From positions 480 through 64,479 of the forward strand of contig JALOKP010000013.1 in NCBI GenBank assembly GCA_025456425.1: DNA of 64,000 nt, written 5' to 3'. Position numbers and translations under genes: made by a program. The DNA is from Acidobacteriota bacterium. GTDB taxonomy: Bacteria > Acidobacteriota > Polarisedimenticolia > J045. The notes under the pieces are model-generated. The model was not told the DNA's origin. It saw nothing but the letters and a program-made list of their open reading frames with translations, and made no database searches. This document shows, piece by piece, positions 8,869 to 24,424 of this stretch (its first letter is position 1; the number at the start of each line of letters is the position of its first letter).

Positions 8869-9207
8869 ATGGTCAAGGCCGACCTGATCCAGCGCGTTCA
8901 ACAGGCCCTGCTGGAACACCAGCGTGAGGGACGGCACGAGCTCCCGCCGGGGGACGACCCGGCGGAGGGCGCGCGCCGCGTATCGCACGGACTCGTGGTC
9001 GAGGCGGTCGAATCGTTGTTCGAGTCGCTCAAGGACGCGATGGCGCGCGGCGAGCGGATCGAGTTCCGCGGCTTCGGCGTGTTCCAGGTCAAGCCCAGAA
9101 AGCGCGGCGTCGGGCGCAACCCCCGGACCGGCCGCGAGGTCAAGATCCCGCCCGGGCGCACCGTCCGCTTCAAGCCGGGGAAAGAGCTGCGCGACATCGG
9201 CCCGTGA
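8869..9207 (+). CDS. IHF/HU-family DNA-binding protein (with an insertion in the N-terminal helical part)
   Basis: ERIEFRGFGVFQVKPRKRGVGRNPRTGREVKIPPGRTVRFKPGKELR is the canonical HU/IHF beta-arm. Confidence 0.8.
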   Translation: MVKADLIQRVQQALLEHQREGRHELPPGDDPAEGARRVSHGLVVEAVESLFESLKDAMARGERIEFRGFGVFQVKPRKRGVGRNPRTGREVKIPPGRTVRFKPGKELRDIGP

Positions 9208-9214
9208 GGAGGCC

Positions 9215-10225
9215 GTGAGCGGACCCTTCCTTCCCCCGACCGAACCCGCCGCCGCCCCCGAGCCGCCCGGGATCCCGGCCCCGGTTTCGCCCGCACCCGA
9301 GCCCCCGCTGCGACGACGGCCCCGCGTGCCGCGGCTGGCACTCGCGATGTTCCTGCTGACGGTGCTGACGACGCTCGACGTCGGCGTCTCGCTCTCGACC
9401 GGCGCCTCGATCCCCTTCGCCCTCGCCCGCGGCGAGATCGGGCTGGGCGATGCGCTGGCCCTGCTGCCGTCCGGGATCCCCTACGTCCTCGCGCTGCTCG
9501 GGTTCTTCGTCGCGCACGAGATGGGCCACTACCTCGCCTGCCGGCGCTACGGGGTCGACTGCACCGTCCCGTACTTCCTTCCGGTCCCGTCGGTCGTCTC
9601 GCTGATCGGGACCCTCGGGGCCCTGATCCGGATCCGGGGCCGGATCCCGACCCGCCGCGCGCTGTTCGACATCGGGATCGCCGGTCCCCTGGCCGGCTTC
9701 GCGGTGGCGATCCCGCTGCTGGTCGCCGGCACCCTGGCCGCGCCGCTCGGGCCGCCGGGCGCGGCACCCCGGGGCACGATCGTCTTCGGCGATTCGCTGC
9801 TCACCTGGGTGCTGGGCTGGCTGCTGCGGCCCGACGCACGCGAAGCCTCGCTGTTCCTGGACCCGATCTACCTGGCGGGCTGGGTCGGGGTCTTCGCCAC
9901 GGCGCTGAACCTGCTGCCGGCCGGACAGCTCGACGGCGGGCACATTCTCTACGCCCTCTCGCCCCGCGCCCACGCGCGGATGGCGTGGCTCGTTCCCGCC
10001 TTTCTGATCGCACTCGCGGCGACCCGCGTGCTGCGCTACGGCGAATGGGAGGCGGTGCTGCTGTGGGTGATCTGGTCGGCGCTGATCCTGCTCTTCGGTC
10101 GCCGGCACCCGCCCCCCGAGGCCTGGGAGCAGCGGCTGGGGCCAGGGCGCCTCGCGCTGGCGCTGGGCGCGCTGGCGATCCTGGTGCTGTGCTTCATGCC
10201 GGTCCCGCTCTCTTTCGTACCCTGA
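9215..10225 (+). CDS. M50-family site-2 metalloprotease (membrane)
   Basis: HEMGHY zinc motif (FFVAHEMGHYLACRRYG), multiple TM segments, and NLLPAGQLDGGHI (the second M50 motif). A GTG start after GAGGAGG is inferred; an alternative ATG (MFLLTV) lies downstream. Confidence 0.75.
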   Translation: MSGPFLPPTEPAAAPEPPGIPAPVSPAPEPPLRRRPRVPRLALAMFLLTVLTTLDVGVSLSTGASIPFALARGEIGLGDALALLPSGIPYVLALLGFFVAHEMGHYLACRRYGVDCTVPYFLPVPSVVSLIGTLGALIRIRGRIPTRRALFDIGIAGPLAGFAVAIPLLVAGTLAAPLGPPGAAPRGTIVFGDSLLTWVLGWLLRPDAREASLFLDPIYLAGWVGVFATALNLLPAGQLDGGHILYALSPRAHARMAWLVPAFLIALAATRVLRYGEWEAVLLWVIWSALILLFGRRHPPPEAWEQRLGPGRLALALGALAILVLCFMPVPLSFVP

Positions 10226-12491
10226 GCGCCGCCCCCTCCGCCTCGCCCTCTCCCCGCACCTCGATCGCGCCGTTCCGCGCGCGCGCGGCGAGGCCGCCGT
10301 CCCGCGCGGTGATCAGCCACGGCACGCGGCGCGCCGCGAGCCGCGCCAGCGTCTCCGGGTGCGGGTGGCCGAAGCGGTTTCCCCGCCCCGCCGAGATCAA
10401 GGCGGCACCGGGGGCCCCCGAACGCAGCAGCGCGTCGCCGGTCGAGCCCTTCGAGCCGTGGTGTCCCACCACCAGGATCGCCGTGCGCGGCAGGAGGCCC
10501 CGCGCCAGCAGTTCGCGCTCCGCCGCCAGCCCGGCGTCGCCCGTGACCAGGGCGTCGAGCCCGCGCCCCAGGAGGTGCACCACGAGCGACCGCTCGTTGT
10601 CCCGCACCAGGACCCCCGGCCTGGGGTGCAGCACGAGGGCCCGGACGCGTCCCAGTTCCAGCCCCTCGCCAGCCGCTACCGGGACGAGCGGCACCCCCCG
10701 CCGCGCCGCCGCCGCGTAGAGCGGCCGCAGTTCGGGATCGTCGAGCAGGTTTGCGCCGACCACGAGCCGGCGCGGCGGTGCAGCAGCAAGGAGGTCCATC
10801 GCTCCGCCGGCGTGATCGCGGTCGTTCTGCGTCAGGACCAGCGCGTCGAGCCGCGCGACGCGGCGCGCGCGCAGTGCATGGATCAGCGCCCGCGTCCCGT
10901 CTCGGGCGCGGTCGTCCGCGGCGTCGATCAGCAGCGCGCGGTCTCCGTCGCGCACCAGCACCGCCTGCCCCTGCCCCACGTCGAGCACCTCGAGCGACGC
11001 GCCCGGCGGCGCGGCCGGTGCGGGGCGCAGCGGCCAGGCGAACGACACCGCTGCGGCGAGTCCCAGCGCGAGCGCACGGCGCCCGCGCGCGGCCAGCCAG
11101 GCGAAGCAGAGCGCCTCGTGCAGGACCAGCCAGGCCAGGCCGGCCGGAGCCGCGATCCGCCCCGATCCCGGCCAGGCCGCGACGCCGCGCGCGATCGCCA
11201 GGAACCACTCCGCGCCAAGCCGTGCCACCGCCTCCGAGACCGTCGCCACGGGCGAGCCGGCGGGCAGCAGGACCGCGAGCCAGCCGCCGAGCAGCGCGGG
11301 GGCGGCCGCGGGCGCTGCGAGCAGATTCGCGACCGGCGACCAGACGCCGGCGCAGCCGGTCATCTCGACCAGGATCGGCCAGGTTGCGAGGATCGGGCCG
11401 AAGAACAGCCGCAGCCGGGGCCCCCATCCGGTGCCGCGCGCTCCGATCACGAGCGCCAGCGTCGCTGCGACCGTCAGCGCGAAAGAGAGCGAGCGCGCCA
11501 GCGCCGGGTCGAGCGCCAGCAGCAGCGCCGCCGCCCCGGCCAGCGCGGCGGCCGGCGAGGCCCCACGTCCGACCAGCCGGCCGGCCCGCGCGAAGAGCAC
11601 GGCGATCCCCGCGCGCCGGACCGGCGGCTCGGCGGGCAGCAGCACCATCGCGGCGCAGGCCGCAGCCAGCGCCACCGCGCGCCGCCCGCGACCGTGCGGG
11701 CCGCCGAGCGGGGCCAGCGCCCAGGCCGCAGCGAGCACGATGACCCCGACCTGTACCCCCGACACGACCGCCTGGTGAGCGAGCCCCGAGGCCCGCAGCG
11801 CCCCCCAGTCCTCCGGGGCCAGCGCGTCCCGTTCCCCTGCGACCATCGCCAGCAGCAGCGCCCCGGCGTCGTCGCGCGCAGGGGCAGGCGCGGGGGAGGG
11901 CGCGAGCGGTTCCGCGGGCGGATCGGCGGCGTGCACGAGCCGTGCGGTGGCCCGCGCGAGAAAGGCCGCGCGCGCGGCCGCGGCGAGCGCCTCGAGCCGG
12001 GCCAGCCCGCGCGGCGGGGCGAGCACGACGATCGACGAGGCCGAAAGGGCTCGCGGCAGTCCGCTCCCCTCGGCGCGACGCAGCGGGATCTCGAGCGTGG
12101 CCCCGGGGCGCGCCCCGTCGGGGAACCGGTCGAGCCAGTCCTGCCCCGTGCGCGGCACGAACACGCGCTCCGGCCCGGCCCCACTCAGCACCAGCAGCGT
12201 GCCGCCGCCCAGCGGGCGCGCGTCGACCCAGCGGCCCCGCGCGGGACCCGCGTCGGTGGCGGCATCCAGGCGCGGGGCGGCTAGCGCGCCGAGCGCGCCG
12301 CCGGCCAGCGCGAAACCGGCCAGGGCCCAGCCCACCGCGGACGTCCCGGCGCGCCGAACCGCACACCAGGCCGCGAGCCCGGCCGCGAGCGCGAGCGGCC
12401 CCGCGGCGGAGGCCGGGACGGCGGGGCCGCAGGCCGCGCCGGCCCAGAGCGCGGCGGCGAGCAGCAGCAGGAGTCGGGCGGCCTGTCCCAC
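10194..12491 (-). CDS. comEC: DNA internalization-related competence protein ComEC/Rec2 (with C-terminal metallo-beta-lactamase domain)
   Basis: Polytopic N-terminal/central region, then an MBL pattern: VLDVGQGQAVLV...LVLTQNDRDHAGG...VGHHGSKGS...GNRFGHPHPETL. Confidence 0.85.
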   Translation of the reverse strand: MGQAARLLLLLAAALWAGAACGPAVPASAAGPLALAAGLAAWCAVRRAGTSAVGWALAGFALAGGALGALAAPRLDAATDAGPARGRWVDARPLGGGTLLVLSGAGPERVFVPRTGQDWLDRFPDGARPGATLEIPLRRAEGSGLPRALSASSIVVLAPPRGLARLEALAAAARAAFLARATARLVHAADPPAEPLAPSPAPAPARDDAGALLLAMVAGERDALAPEDWGALRASGLAHQAVVSGVQVGVIVLAAAWALAPLGGPHGRGRRAVALAAACAAMVLLPAEPPVRRAGIAVLFARAGRLVGRGASPAAALAGAAALLLALDPALARSLSFALTVAATLALVIGARGTGWGPRLRLFFGPILATWPILVEMTGCAGVWSPVANLLAAPAAAPALLGGWLAVLLPAGSPVATVSEAVARLGAEWFLAIARGVAAWPGSGRIAAPAGLAWLVLHEALCFAWLAARGRRALALGLAAAVSFAWPLRPAPAAPPGASLEVLDVGQGQAVLVRDGDRALLIDAADDRARDGTRALIHALRARRVARLDALVLTQNDRDHAGGAMDLLAAAPPRRLVVGANLLDDPELRPLYAAAARRGVPLVPVAAGEGLELGRVRALVLHPRPGVLVRDNERSLVVHLLGRGLDALVTGDAGLAAERELLARGLLPRTAILVVGHHGSKGSTGDALLRSGAPGAALISAGRGNRFGHPHPETLARLAARRVPWLITARDGGLAARARNGAIEVRGEGEAEGAALRVRKRAGPA

Positions 12492-12524
12492 GCCGACAGC
12501 GTGCGGCCCGGCGCGCGCCGGCGC

Positions 12525-13205
12525 TCAGGATTCCGGCGGTGTCCGTCCCGGGGCCGGGAGCGGCCCCTCGGCCAGCGCCAGCAACGTCAGGTCCGGCAGC
12601 CGGAAGCGCCGGCGCAGCAGGCGGTCGCGCAGCGCGACCCGCGTGCGCTCGCGCACCTCCGCCGGCATCCCGCCCGCGTAGGGTGCCACCAGCCGCTCGA
12701 CGTCCTGTTCCAGCGCCAGTCGCTCGTCCAGCGAGAGCGTCGCGGCGCAGCCGTCGACCAGTTCGCGCTGGAGCGCCGCGACGCGCTCGGCCGGCAGCCC
12801 ACCGCCGGCGTCGCGCACCAAGCGCTCGAGCACGCCCGCCGCCAACCCGCGCGGCGCGGCCGAGGCCGCGAGCTGGGGCTCGGCGCGCCGTGCCAGCGTC
12901 GCGGCATCGATCGCCGGCGGGCTCCCCTCCCGCCGGCCGACCAGCGCCTCGCGCCAGGAGCGCTCGGCCTCCTCGATCGCCGGCTCGCAGTAGGCCAGCG
13001 AGCGCGGCCGCCGCGGCGGGCGCCGCTCGGCCGCCTCGCGGAAGACCTCTTCCAGCGTGTCGAGCACGAGGAAGAGCGGGAGCCCGCGCCGGTGCCAGGC
13101 CACCACCCGGGCCAGGTCCTCGGGCGAGAGGATCAGCGGCCGCTCGCGCAGCGCGCGGAACCGCTCCTCCACGGCGCGGACGAAGTGGACCTCCTCGTCG
13201 ATCAC
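12525..13205 (-). CDS. Hypothetical protein
   Basis: Coding-like composition. Its ATG overlaps the stop of the upstream phosphatase gene (4-nt overlap). No motif recognised. Confidence 0.45.
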   Translation of the reverse strand: MIDEEVHFVRAVEERFRALRERPLILSPEDLARVVAWHRRGLPLFLVLDTLEEVFREAAERRPPRRPRSLAYCEPAIEEAERSWREALVGRREGSPPAIDAATLARRAEPQLAASAAPRGLAAGVLERLVRDAGGGLPAERVAALQRELVDGCAATLSLDERLALEQDVERLVAPYAGGMPAEVRERTRVALRDRLLRRRFRLPDLTLLALAEGPLPAPGRTPPES

Positions 13206-13660
13206 TGCGGGAACCGGAACGAGAGCGCGATCCGCTCGATCGCGTCGAACAACTGGTCGAAGCAGCGGCGGTAGTCGGACAGCGTGCCGCCGGTCGGGTC
13301 GACGAGGTCCCGGCCCCCCGAGCCGTCGGGCGCCGCCAGCAGCATCTGGACCTTGGGCATCGCCTCGGGGAAGTGCTCGGCGAAGAACGCGCGGTGCCGC
13401 CGCTCCATCACCACGATCCGGTCCGCGGCCGCGACGTCCTGCGGAAGCATCGGCTTGCTGCGGTGCCCGGTCAGGTCGCAGCCGCGCTCGGCCGCCAACC
13501 GCGCCGCGATCCCGTCCGACGGCAGACCGCTCACCGCGTGCGTCCCGGTCGAGGCGATCTCCAGCGCGTTCGGGCCGATCCGCTCGACCAGCCGCCGCAG
13601 GTAGAACTCGGCGGCCGGCGAGCGGCAGATGTTGGCGGTGCAGACGAAGAGGACCCTCAT
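13202..13660 (-). CDS. Low-molecular-weight protein-tyrosine phosphatase
   Basis: MRVLFVCTANICRSPAAE carries the C-X5-R-S P-loop, and a DP motif lies near the C-terminus. These are the last 152 codons of ORF 13202..14344. ATGA overlap with the coaX stop. Confidence 0.8.
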   Translation of the reverse strand: MRVLFVCTANICRSPAAEFYLRRLVERIGPNALEIASTGTHAVSGLPSDGIAARLAAERGCDLTGHRSKPMLPQDVAAADRIVVMERRHRAFFAEHFPEAMPKVQMLLAAPDGSGGRDLVDPTGGTLSDYRRCFDQLFDAIERIALSFRFPQ

Positions 13661-14418
13661 CGCGGTGCGTTGCGCTCCCAGAGCAGGCGCAGGCCGTCGA
13701 GCGTGAGGTGCGGGTCGAAGGCGTCGATCCGCGGCAGGACCGAGTGCAGCGCGTGCCCCAGCCCGCCGGTCGCGACCAGCTTGACGGAGGTCTCGAGTTC
13801 CTCCTCGATCCGCCTGACCAGCCCCTCGATCATCGCCGCGTGGCCGAGGACCAGGCCGGACCGGATCGAGTCGACGGTGTTCCGGCCGATCACCCGCGGC
13901 GGGAGCGAGAGGTCGACCCGCGGCAGGCGCGCGGTGCGGGCGGCGAGGGCCTCCGCACCCAGCAGCGGGCCGGGGCAGATCACCCCGCCGATGTACTCGC
14001 CGTCCGCGGTGACGACGTCCAGCGTGGTGGCAGTGCCGAGGTCGACGATCACCGTCGGCCCGCCGTAGCGGGCGTGGGCGGCGACGGCGTTGACGATCCG
14101 GTCGGCCCCGACCTCCTGCGGGTTGTCGAAGCGGATCCGGATCCCGGTCCGGATCCCGGGCGCGACCTCGAGCGGGTCCGCGACACCCAGGCGGCGCAGC
14201 GCCTCGAGCAGCGCGTTCGTCAGCGGCGGGACGACCGAGGCCACGATCCCGGAGCGGACGCGCACGGGGGCCGCGCCGATCAGGCCCCGCAGCGTCAGGG
14301 TGGCCTCGTCGGAGGTCAGGTCGCGGCGCGAGGAGAGGCGCCACGAGTGGGCCAGGTGCTCCCCCTCGAAGCAGCCGATCGCGATGTTGGTGTTCCCGAT
14401 GTCGACCGCGAGCAGCAC
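13657..14418 (-). CDS. coaX: Type III pantothenate kinase
   Basis: LLAVDIGNTNIAIG..., GADRIVNAVAA, IVDLGTATTLDV and ATGG motifs. GTG start at 14418 is inferred; the alternative ATG at 14463 would overlap birA. Confidence 0.8.
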   Translation of the reverse strand: MLLAVDIGNTNIAIGCFEGEHLAHSWRLSSRRDLTSDEATLTLRGLIGAAPVRVRSGIVASVVPPLTNALLEALRRLGVADPLEVAPGIRTGIRIRFDNPQEVGADRIVNAVAAHARYGGPTVIVDLGTATTLDVVTADGEYIGGVICPGPLLGAEALAARTARLPRVDLSLPPRVIGRNTVDSIRSGLVLGHAAMIEGLVRRIEEELETSVKLVATGGLGHALHSVLPRIDAFDPHLTLDGLRLLWERNAPR

Positions 14419-14422
14419 GCCT

Positions 14423-15235
14423 TTACCCCCAGAGGCGCTCCCCGAACCGGACCGCCACGACACCCCCGCCCACGCCTTCGGCGACGCGGATCAGCAGCGC
14501 CCCGTCGTCCCGGATCCCCGCCCCGACCCCTTCGATCACGCGGCCGTCCGGCTCCTGGACGCGGACCGGGGCGCCTCGCGACGCCGCCGACGCGGCGCGA
14601 ATCGATTCTAGCGCACCCGTCCACCCGGCCTCGTCTCCCACCGCGCGGGCCCGGCGCGGGAGGGCGGCCAGCAGGGCCGCAGCGACCGCCGGAAGGGCCT
14701 TCCCCGGTTCCCGGAACGGGATCGGGCCGGCCGGGCCGGCCCGCTCGGGGTCCGCGTCCCGCGGGTCGGGCCCCAGGTTCAGCCCGATCCCGACCAGCGC
14801 GACCGGCTCGCCCGACGGTCCGCCCCGGCCGAGGTACTCGGCCAGGATCCCGCCCACCTTGCGGCTCCCAAGCACCAGGTCGTTCGGCCAGTCGAAACCC
14901 AGGTCGGGTCCGCCGGCCGCGGCGACCGCGTCGCGCGCGGCCAAGGCGGCGGCGAAGCTCAGCCGCCAGGCCACCGCCGGATCGGCGGGCGGGCGCAGCG
15001 CGGCGGTCAGGTAGAGCCCGCCGCGCGGCGACACGAAGGTCCGGCCATGACGGCCGCGCCCGGCGGACTGCTCGAGCGCGAAGACGGCGAGACCCGGACC
15101 AGCTCCTTGCCCCAGGCGCGCCCGGGCCTCGTCCATCGTGCTCGCACAGCGTTCGAGGACGACCAGCGGCCGGCCGAGCCCGTCCGGAGCGATCGAACCG
15201 GAGAGCGCGCGTTCGAGTTCGCGGGCGCCGCTCAC
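14423..15235 (-). CDS. birA: Biotin--[acetyl-CoA-carboxylase] ligase
   Basis: QSAGRGRHGRTFVSPRGGLYLT is the GRGRxGR biotin-protein-ligase signature. No obvious N-terminal HTH. Confidence 0.8.
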   Translation of the reverse strand: MSGARELERALSGSIAPDGLGRPLVVLERCASTMDEARARLGQGAGPGLAVFALEQSAGRGRHGRTFVSPRGGLYLTAALRPPADPAVAWRLSFAAALAARDAVAAAGGPDLGFDWPNDLVLGSRKVGGILAEYLGRGGPSGEPVALVGIGLNLGPDPRDADPERAGPAGPIPFREPGKALPAVAAALLAALPRRARAVGDEAGWTGALESIRAASAASRGAPVRVQEPDGRVIEGVGAGIRDDGALLIRVAEGVGGGVVAVRFGERLWG

Positions 15236-16091
15236 GACCGGACGTCGAGCGCGACGTCCATCGCGCGCGCGCCGTGGGTCAGCGTGCCCAGCGAGAGCCG
15301 GTCGACACCCGCCTCGGCGAACGCGCGGAGCCGGCCTGGGCGCAGCCCCCCGGAGACCTCGAGCCGGGCCCGGCCGGCGCCGCGCCGCGCCGCCTCGCGG
15401 ATCGCCTCGAGCGGCATGTTGTCGAGCAGGATCCAGCCCGCGCCGGCGGCCAGCGCTTCGTCCAGCTCCTCGAGCGTGTCGACCTCGACCTCGATCCCGT
15501 GCGCCGGGTAGCCTGCGGCCTCGGCCCGCCGGATCGCCTCCCCTACCCCTCCCGCGATCAGCTTGTGGTTGTCCTTGAGCAGGACCATCGCGTCGAGGGT
15601 GGAGCGGTGGTTCTCGCCGCCGCCGGCAGCGACCGCGTACTTCTCGAGCGCGCGCAGGCCGGGCGTCGTCTTGCGGGTGTCGGACACGCGGGCCCGGGTC
15701 CCCGCGACCTCGCGCACCGCCTCGGCGGTGAGCGACGCGATCCCGGTCAGCCGGCCGAGGAAGTTGAGCGCGACGCGCTCCCCGCCCAGCACGACCGCGG
15801 GCGGGCCCTCGACCGTGGCGAGCACCGTTCCGGCAGCGACCGTCGCCCCGTCGTCGCAGAGCAGCACGACCCGCGCCGCGAGCCCGGTGCGCCGCGCCAT
15901 CTCCTCGAACACCAGCGCCACCAGCGGAAGCCCTGCGACCACCAGCGGCTCGCGCGCGACGATTTCGCCGACGGCGCGGCCGCCGGTCCCGGCGATGGCC
16001 CGGGTCGTCACGTCGCCGCCGGGGCCGAGGTCCTCGTCCAGTGCGCGGATCACCGCCTCCCGCGCCGCGTCCAGCGGGAAGACGGGAGGGC

Positions 16092-16095
<4 letters not shown>
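15232..16095 (-). CDS. nadC: Nicotinate-nucleotide pyrophosphorylase (carboxylating)
   Basis: ERVALNFLGRLTGIAS...DTRKTTPGLRALEKYAVAAGGGENHR...MVLLKDNH. These are the last 287 codons of ORF 15232..18243. ATGA overlap with the valS stop. Confidence 0.87.
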
Positions 16096-18769
<2,674 letters not shown>

Positions 18770-18773
<4 letters not shown>

Positions 18774-19492
18774 CGCGTCGCATCTCCGGTGGGCTCGGCC
18801 GGCCGGCGAGGCGCCGCCGCGCTCTCGCGCAGCAGACGCTCGAGCAGGTCGGGGACCACCTCCCAGGCCACCTCGCGGACGATCTCGGGTGCCAGTTCCT
18901 CCAGCCGCCGGCGGACCTCGTCGCGGATCGCGGCCTCGAGATCCGGCACGGAGGCTGCGTCCACCGGCGCGGGGACGAGGTCGAACTCGTCGTCCCCCGG
19001 CAGCGGGACCCGCGCGTCCCAGGGCGGGGGCAGGTCGAGCGGAGCGTCGAACAGCGGCTCCGGCGGCGGGGCCAGCTCGGCCGCGGGCGGAGCGTCCGGG
19101 GTCGGCTCGGGAGGGGGCGCGGGCGGGCTGGCGAGCAGCAGCTCCTCCACCCGTCGCAGCAGCTGCCGCGGCTCGAAGGGCTTGGCCAGGTGGCCGACCG
19201 CGCCGCAGCGCGCCGCGCGGTCCTCGTCGAACGGCTCGAAAGCCCCGAACAGCAGCACGATCGGTACGCCGCGCAGCGTGGGGTCGCGGCGCAGCGCCTC
19301 CGCCACCTCGTAGCCGGTCAACTCGGGCATGAGCACGTCGCAGAGCACCAGGTCGGGCCGCCGGCCGCGGGCCAGTTCGAGCGCCTCGCGCCCCTGGGTC
19401 GCGCCCACCACGGTGTGCCCGGCCGCGCCGAGCACGCTCTGCACGACCTTCCGGATCGTCGTGCTGTCGTCGGCGATCAGAATCGTGGCCAT
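18770..19492 (-). CDS. Response regulator (receiver domain + Pro-rich linker + conserved C-terminal helical tail)
   Basis: ILIADDSTTIRKVV...DLVLCDVLMPELTGYEV...LAKPF is a CheY-like REC domain. Start at MATILIADD. The stop overlaps the valS ATG (ATGA). Confidence 0.8.
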
Positions 19493-19510
19493 CGAGCGGA
19501 CCCCCGGGGC

Positions 19511-19551
19511 GAAAAAAGAACGGAACCGTAACACCCCCCTCGGAGGGGTGT
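19511..19551 (-). terminator. Possible intrinsic terminator after the B12-binding mutase subunit
   Basis: 7-bp GC stem ACACCCC/GGGGTGT (19531-19551). On the minus strand it is followed by ...UUCUUUUUUC (19511-19520). The U-tract is 10 nt from the stem, so the call is weak. Confidence 0.4.
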
Positions 19552-19573
19552 CAAAGGCGAAGGGAGAAGCGGC

Positions 19574-19984
19574 TCAGCCCCGGGCCGGGATCTTCTCGGC
19601 AACCCACATGACCAGCGACTCGGTGCTGGTGCCCGGGCGGAAGATCTCCGCCAGGCCGGCCTCGCGCAGCGGCCCGAGGTCCTCCTCCGGGATGATTCCC
19701 CCGCCGAACACGACCACGTCCACCGCGCCGCGCTCGCGCAGCAGCCGGATCACCTTCGGGAAGAGCGTCATGTGCGCCCCGGAGAGGATCGACAGCCCGA
19801 TCGCGTCGACGTCCTCCTGGATCGCGGTATCGACGACCTGCTCCGGGGTCTTGTGCAGCCCGGTGTAGATCACCTCGTGCCCGGCGTCGCGCAGCGCGCG
19901 GGCGATGATCTTGGCCCCGCGGTCGTGACCGTCCAGCCCGACCTTGCCGATCAGGAGGCGCCGCCTTCCAGAATCCCTGTTCAT
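19574..19984 (-). CDS. Acyl-CoA mutase small subunit (cobalamin-binding domain)
   Basis: [25 protein letters not shown] carries the DxHxxG B12-binding motif, followed by a Rossmann-like remainder. Confidence 0.87.
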   Translation of the reverse strand: MNRDSGRRRLLIGKVGLDGHDRGAKIIARALRDAGHEVIYTGLHKTPEQVVDTAIQEDVDAIGLSILSGAHMTLFPKVIRLLRERGAVDVVVFGGGIIPEEDLGPLREAGLAEIFRPGTSTESLVMWVAEKIPARG

Positions 19985-20021
19985 GTCCGCTCGATCTCCC
20001 GCATGCCGCGCCCCGGGGAAC

Positions 20022-21635
<1,614 letters not shown>

Positions 21636-21787
21636 GGAATCCTCGCGTCGCAGACCACGCCCCCGGGGGCGTTACCGCCGCAGCGGAGCGATAAGCATAC
21701 CGCGAGACCCCCGCGGCTCCAGCGGGACTGGGGGCCGGGACCGGGGAGCCGCCGCGCCGCGCCCGGGGGGCCGGGAGCGGCCTCCGG

Positions 21788-22120
21788 TCAGGCGCCGGCC
21801 TTGCGCGGCCGGCGGATCGTCTCCGCCCCTTCCCGGCGGCCGGCCAGCCGGCTCGTCTTGTCCTTGCGCAATTGCCGCGCCAGGATGTCGACCGCCTCGT
21901 TGATCGCGGCCTTGAGGTCGTCGTCCGTGACCTCGACCGAGTAGGAAGCGCCCTTGCCCCACGCCGAGATCGCGCAGGTCTGGCGGTGCTTCTCGGCTTC
22001 GATCGTGACGTGCATGTCGAGACTGTCCACGAGCCTCCCGAGCTTGCGAAGCTTGTCCTCCGCGTACGCACGGTCTTCCGGCGAGAGGTCGATGTGTCGC
22101 GCCGTGAGCTCGATGGTCAT
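21788..22120 (-). CDS. hpf: Ribosome hibernation promoting factor (short HPF/RaiA)
   Basis: [27 protein letters not shown]...; it lies immediately downstream of rpoN, the conserved position. Confidence 0.85.
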   Translation of the reverse strand: MTIELTARHIDLSPEDRAYAEDKLRKLGRLVDSLDMHVTIEAEKHRQTCAISAWGKGASYSVEVTDDDLKAAINEAVDILARQLRKDKTSRLAGRREGAETIRRPRKAGA

Positions 22121-22162
22121 CCTGTCCCTCCCAAGGTGAGGGACGCGCGCCGGCGGGGTCGC

Positions 22163-23641
<1,479 letters not shown>

Positions 23642-23668
23642 CGGCTGGTCCGCGTCGCGAGGTCTTGC

Positions 23669-24424
23669 TCAGTCGAGCTTGAAGTCCTGGCCCAAGTAGA
23701 TTGCCCGCACCTCCGGATCCGCCGCAAGGAGCTCCGGCGATCCGCTGCGGAAAATCCTCCCTGAGCGAATGATATAGGCCCGGTCGGTGATCTGCAATGT
23801 CTCCCGGACGTTGTGGTCGGTGATCAGGACGCCGATCCCGCTGCCCGCCAACGACTTGACGAGGCGCTGCATCTCGGCCACGGCGATCGGGTCGATTCCC
23901 GCGAACGGCTCGTCCAGAAGCAGGTACTTCGGTTCGATCGCCATCGCGCGCGCGATCTCGCAGCGGCGGCGCTCGCCGCCGGAGAGCAGATAGGCGGGGC
24001 GCTCGGCGATCGCGGTCAGCCCGAACTCCTCGAGCAGCCGGGTCGATCGTGCGTCGATCTCGGGGTCGGAGCAGCCCAGCGCCTCGAGCACCAGCTGGAG
24101 GTTGCCGCGCACCGACAGCCGGCGGAAGACGCTCGGCTCCTGCGGCAGGTAGGCGATCCCGGCCCGCGCGCGGCGGTGCAGCGGCTCTTCCGTCAGGGTG
24201 CGCGGGCCGAGCCGGATCGTCCCGGCGTCCGGCTCGAGCAGGCCGACGATCATCGCGAAAGTGGTCGTCTTCCCGGCGCCGTTCGGTCCGAGCAGCCCGA
24301 CGATCTCGCCGGGCTGGACGCGCACGCTGACATCGTCCACGATCCGGTGATCGCGGATGACCTTCAGCAGGTGGCTGGCCTCCAGCGCCTCGGCCGGAAC
24401 GCCGCTCGGAACGGGGGCGGTCAT
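23669..24424 (-). CDS. lptB: LPS export ABC transporter ATP-binding protein
   Basis: [12 protein letters not shown] Walker [15 protein letters not shown] signature, [12 protein letters not shown] Walker B. Sits between lptC/A-like and rpoN. Confidence 0.9.
   Translation of the reverse strand: MTAPVPSGVPAEALEASHLLKVIRDHRIVDDVSVRVQPGEIVGLLGPNGAGKTTTFAMIVGLLEPDAGTIRLGPRTLTEEPLHRRARAGIAYLPQEPSVFRRLSVRGNLQLVLEALGCSDPEIDARSTRLLEEFGLTAIAERPAYLLSGGERRRCEIARAMAIEPKYLLLDEPFAGIDPIAVAEMQRLVKSLAGSGIGVLITDHNVRETLQITDRAYIIRSGRIFRSGSPELLAADPEVRAIYLGQDFKLD

Noticed and set aside
10036-12366. 776-aa minus-strand ORF overlapping comEC in another frame
   Set aside because: The 10194..12491 frame carries the TM segments and the MBL motifs, whereas this frame is Arg/Gly/Ala noise.
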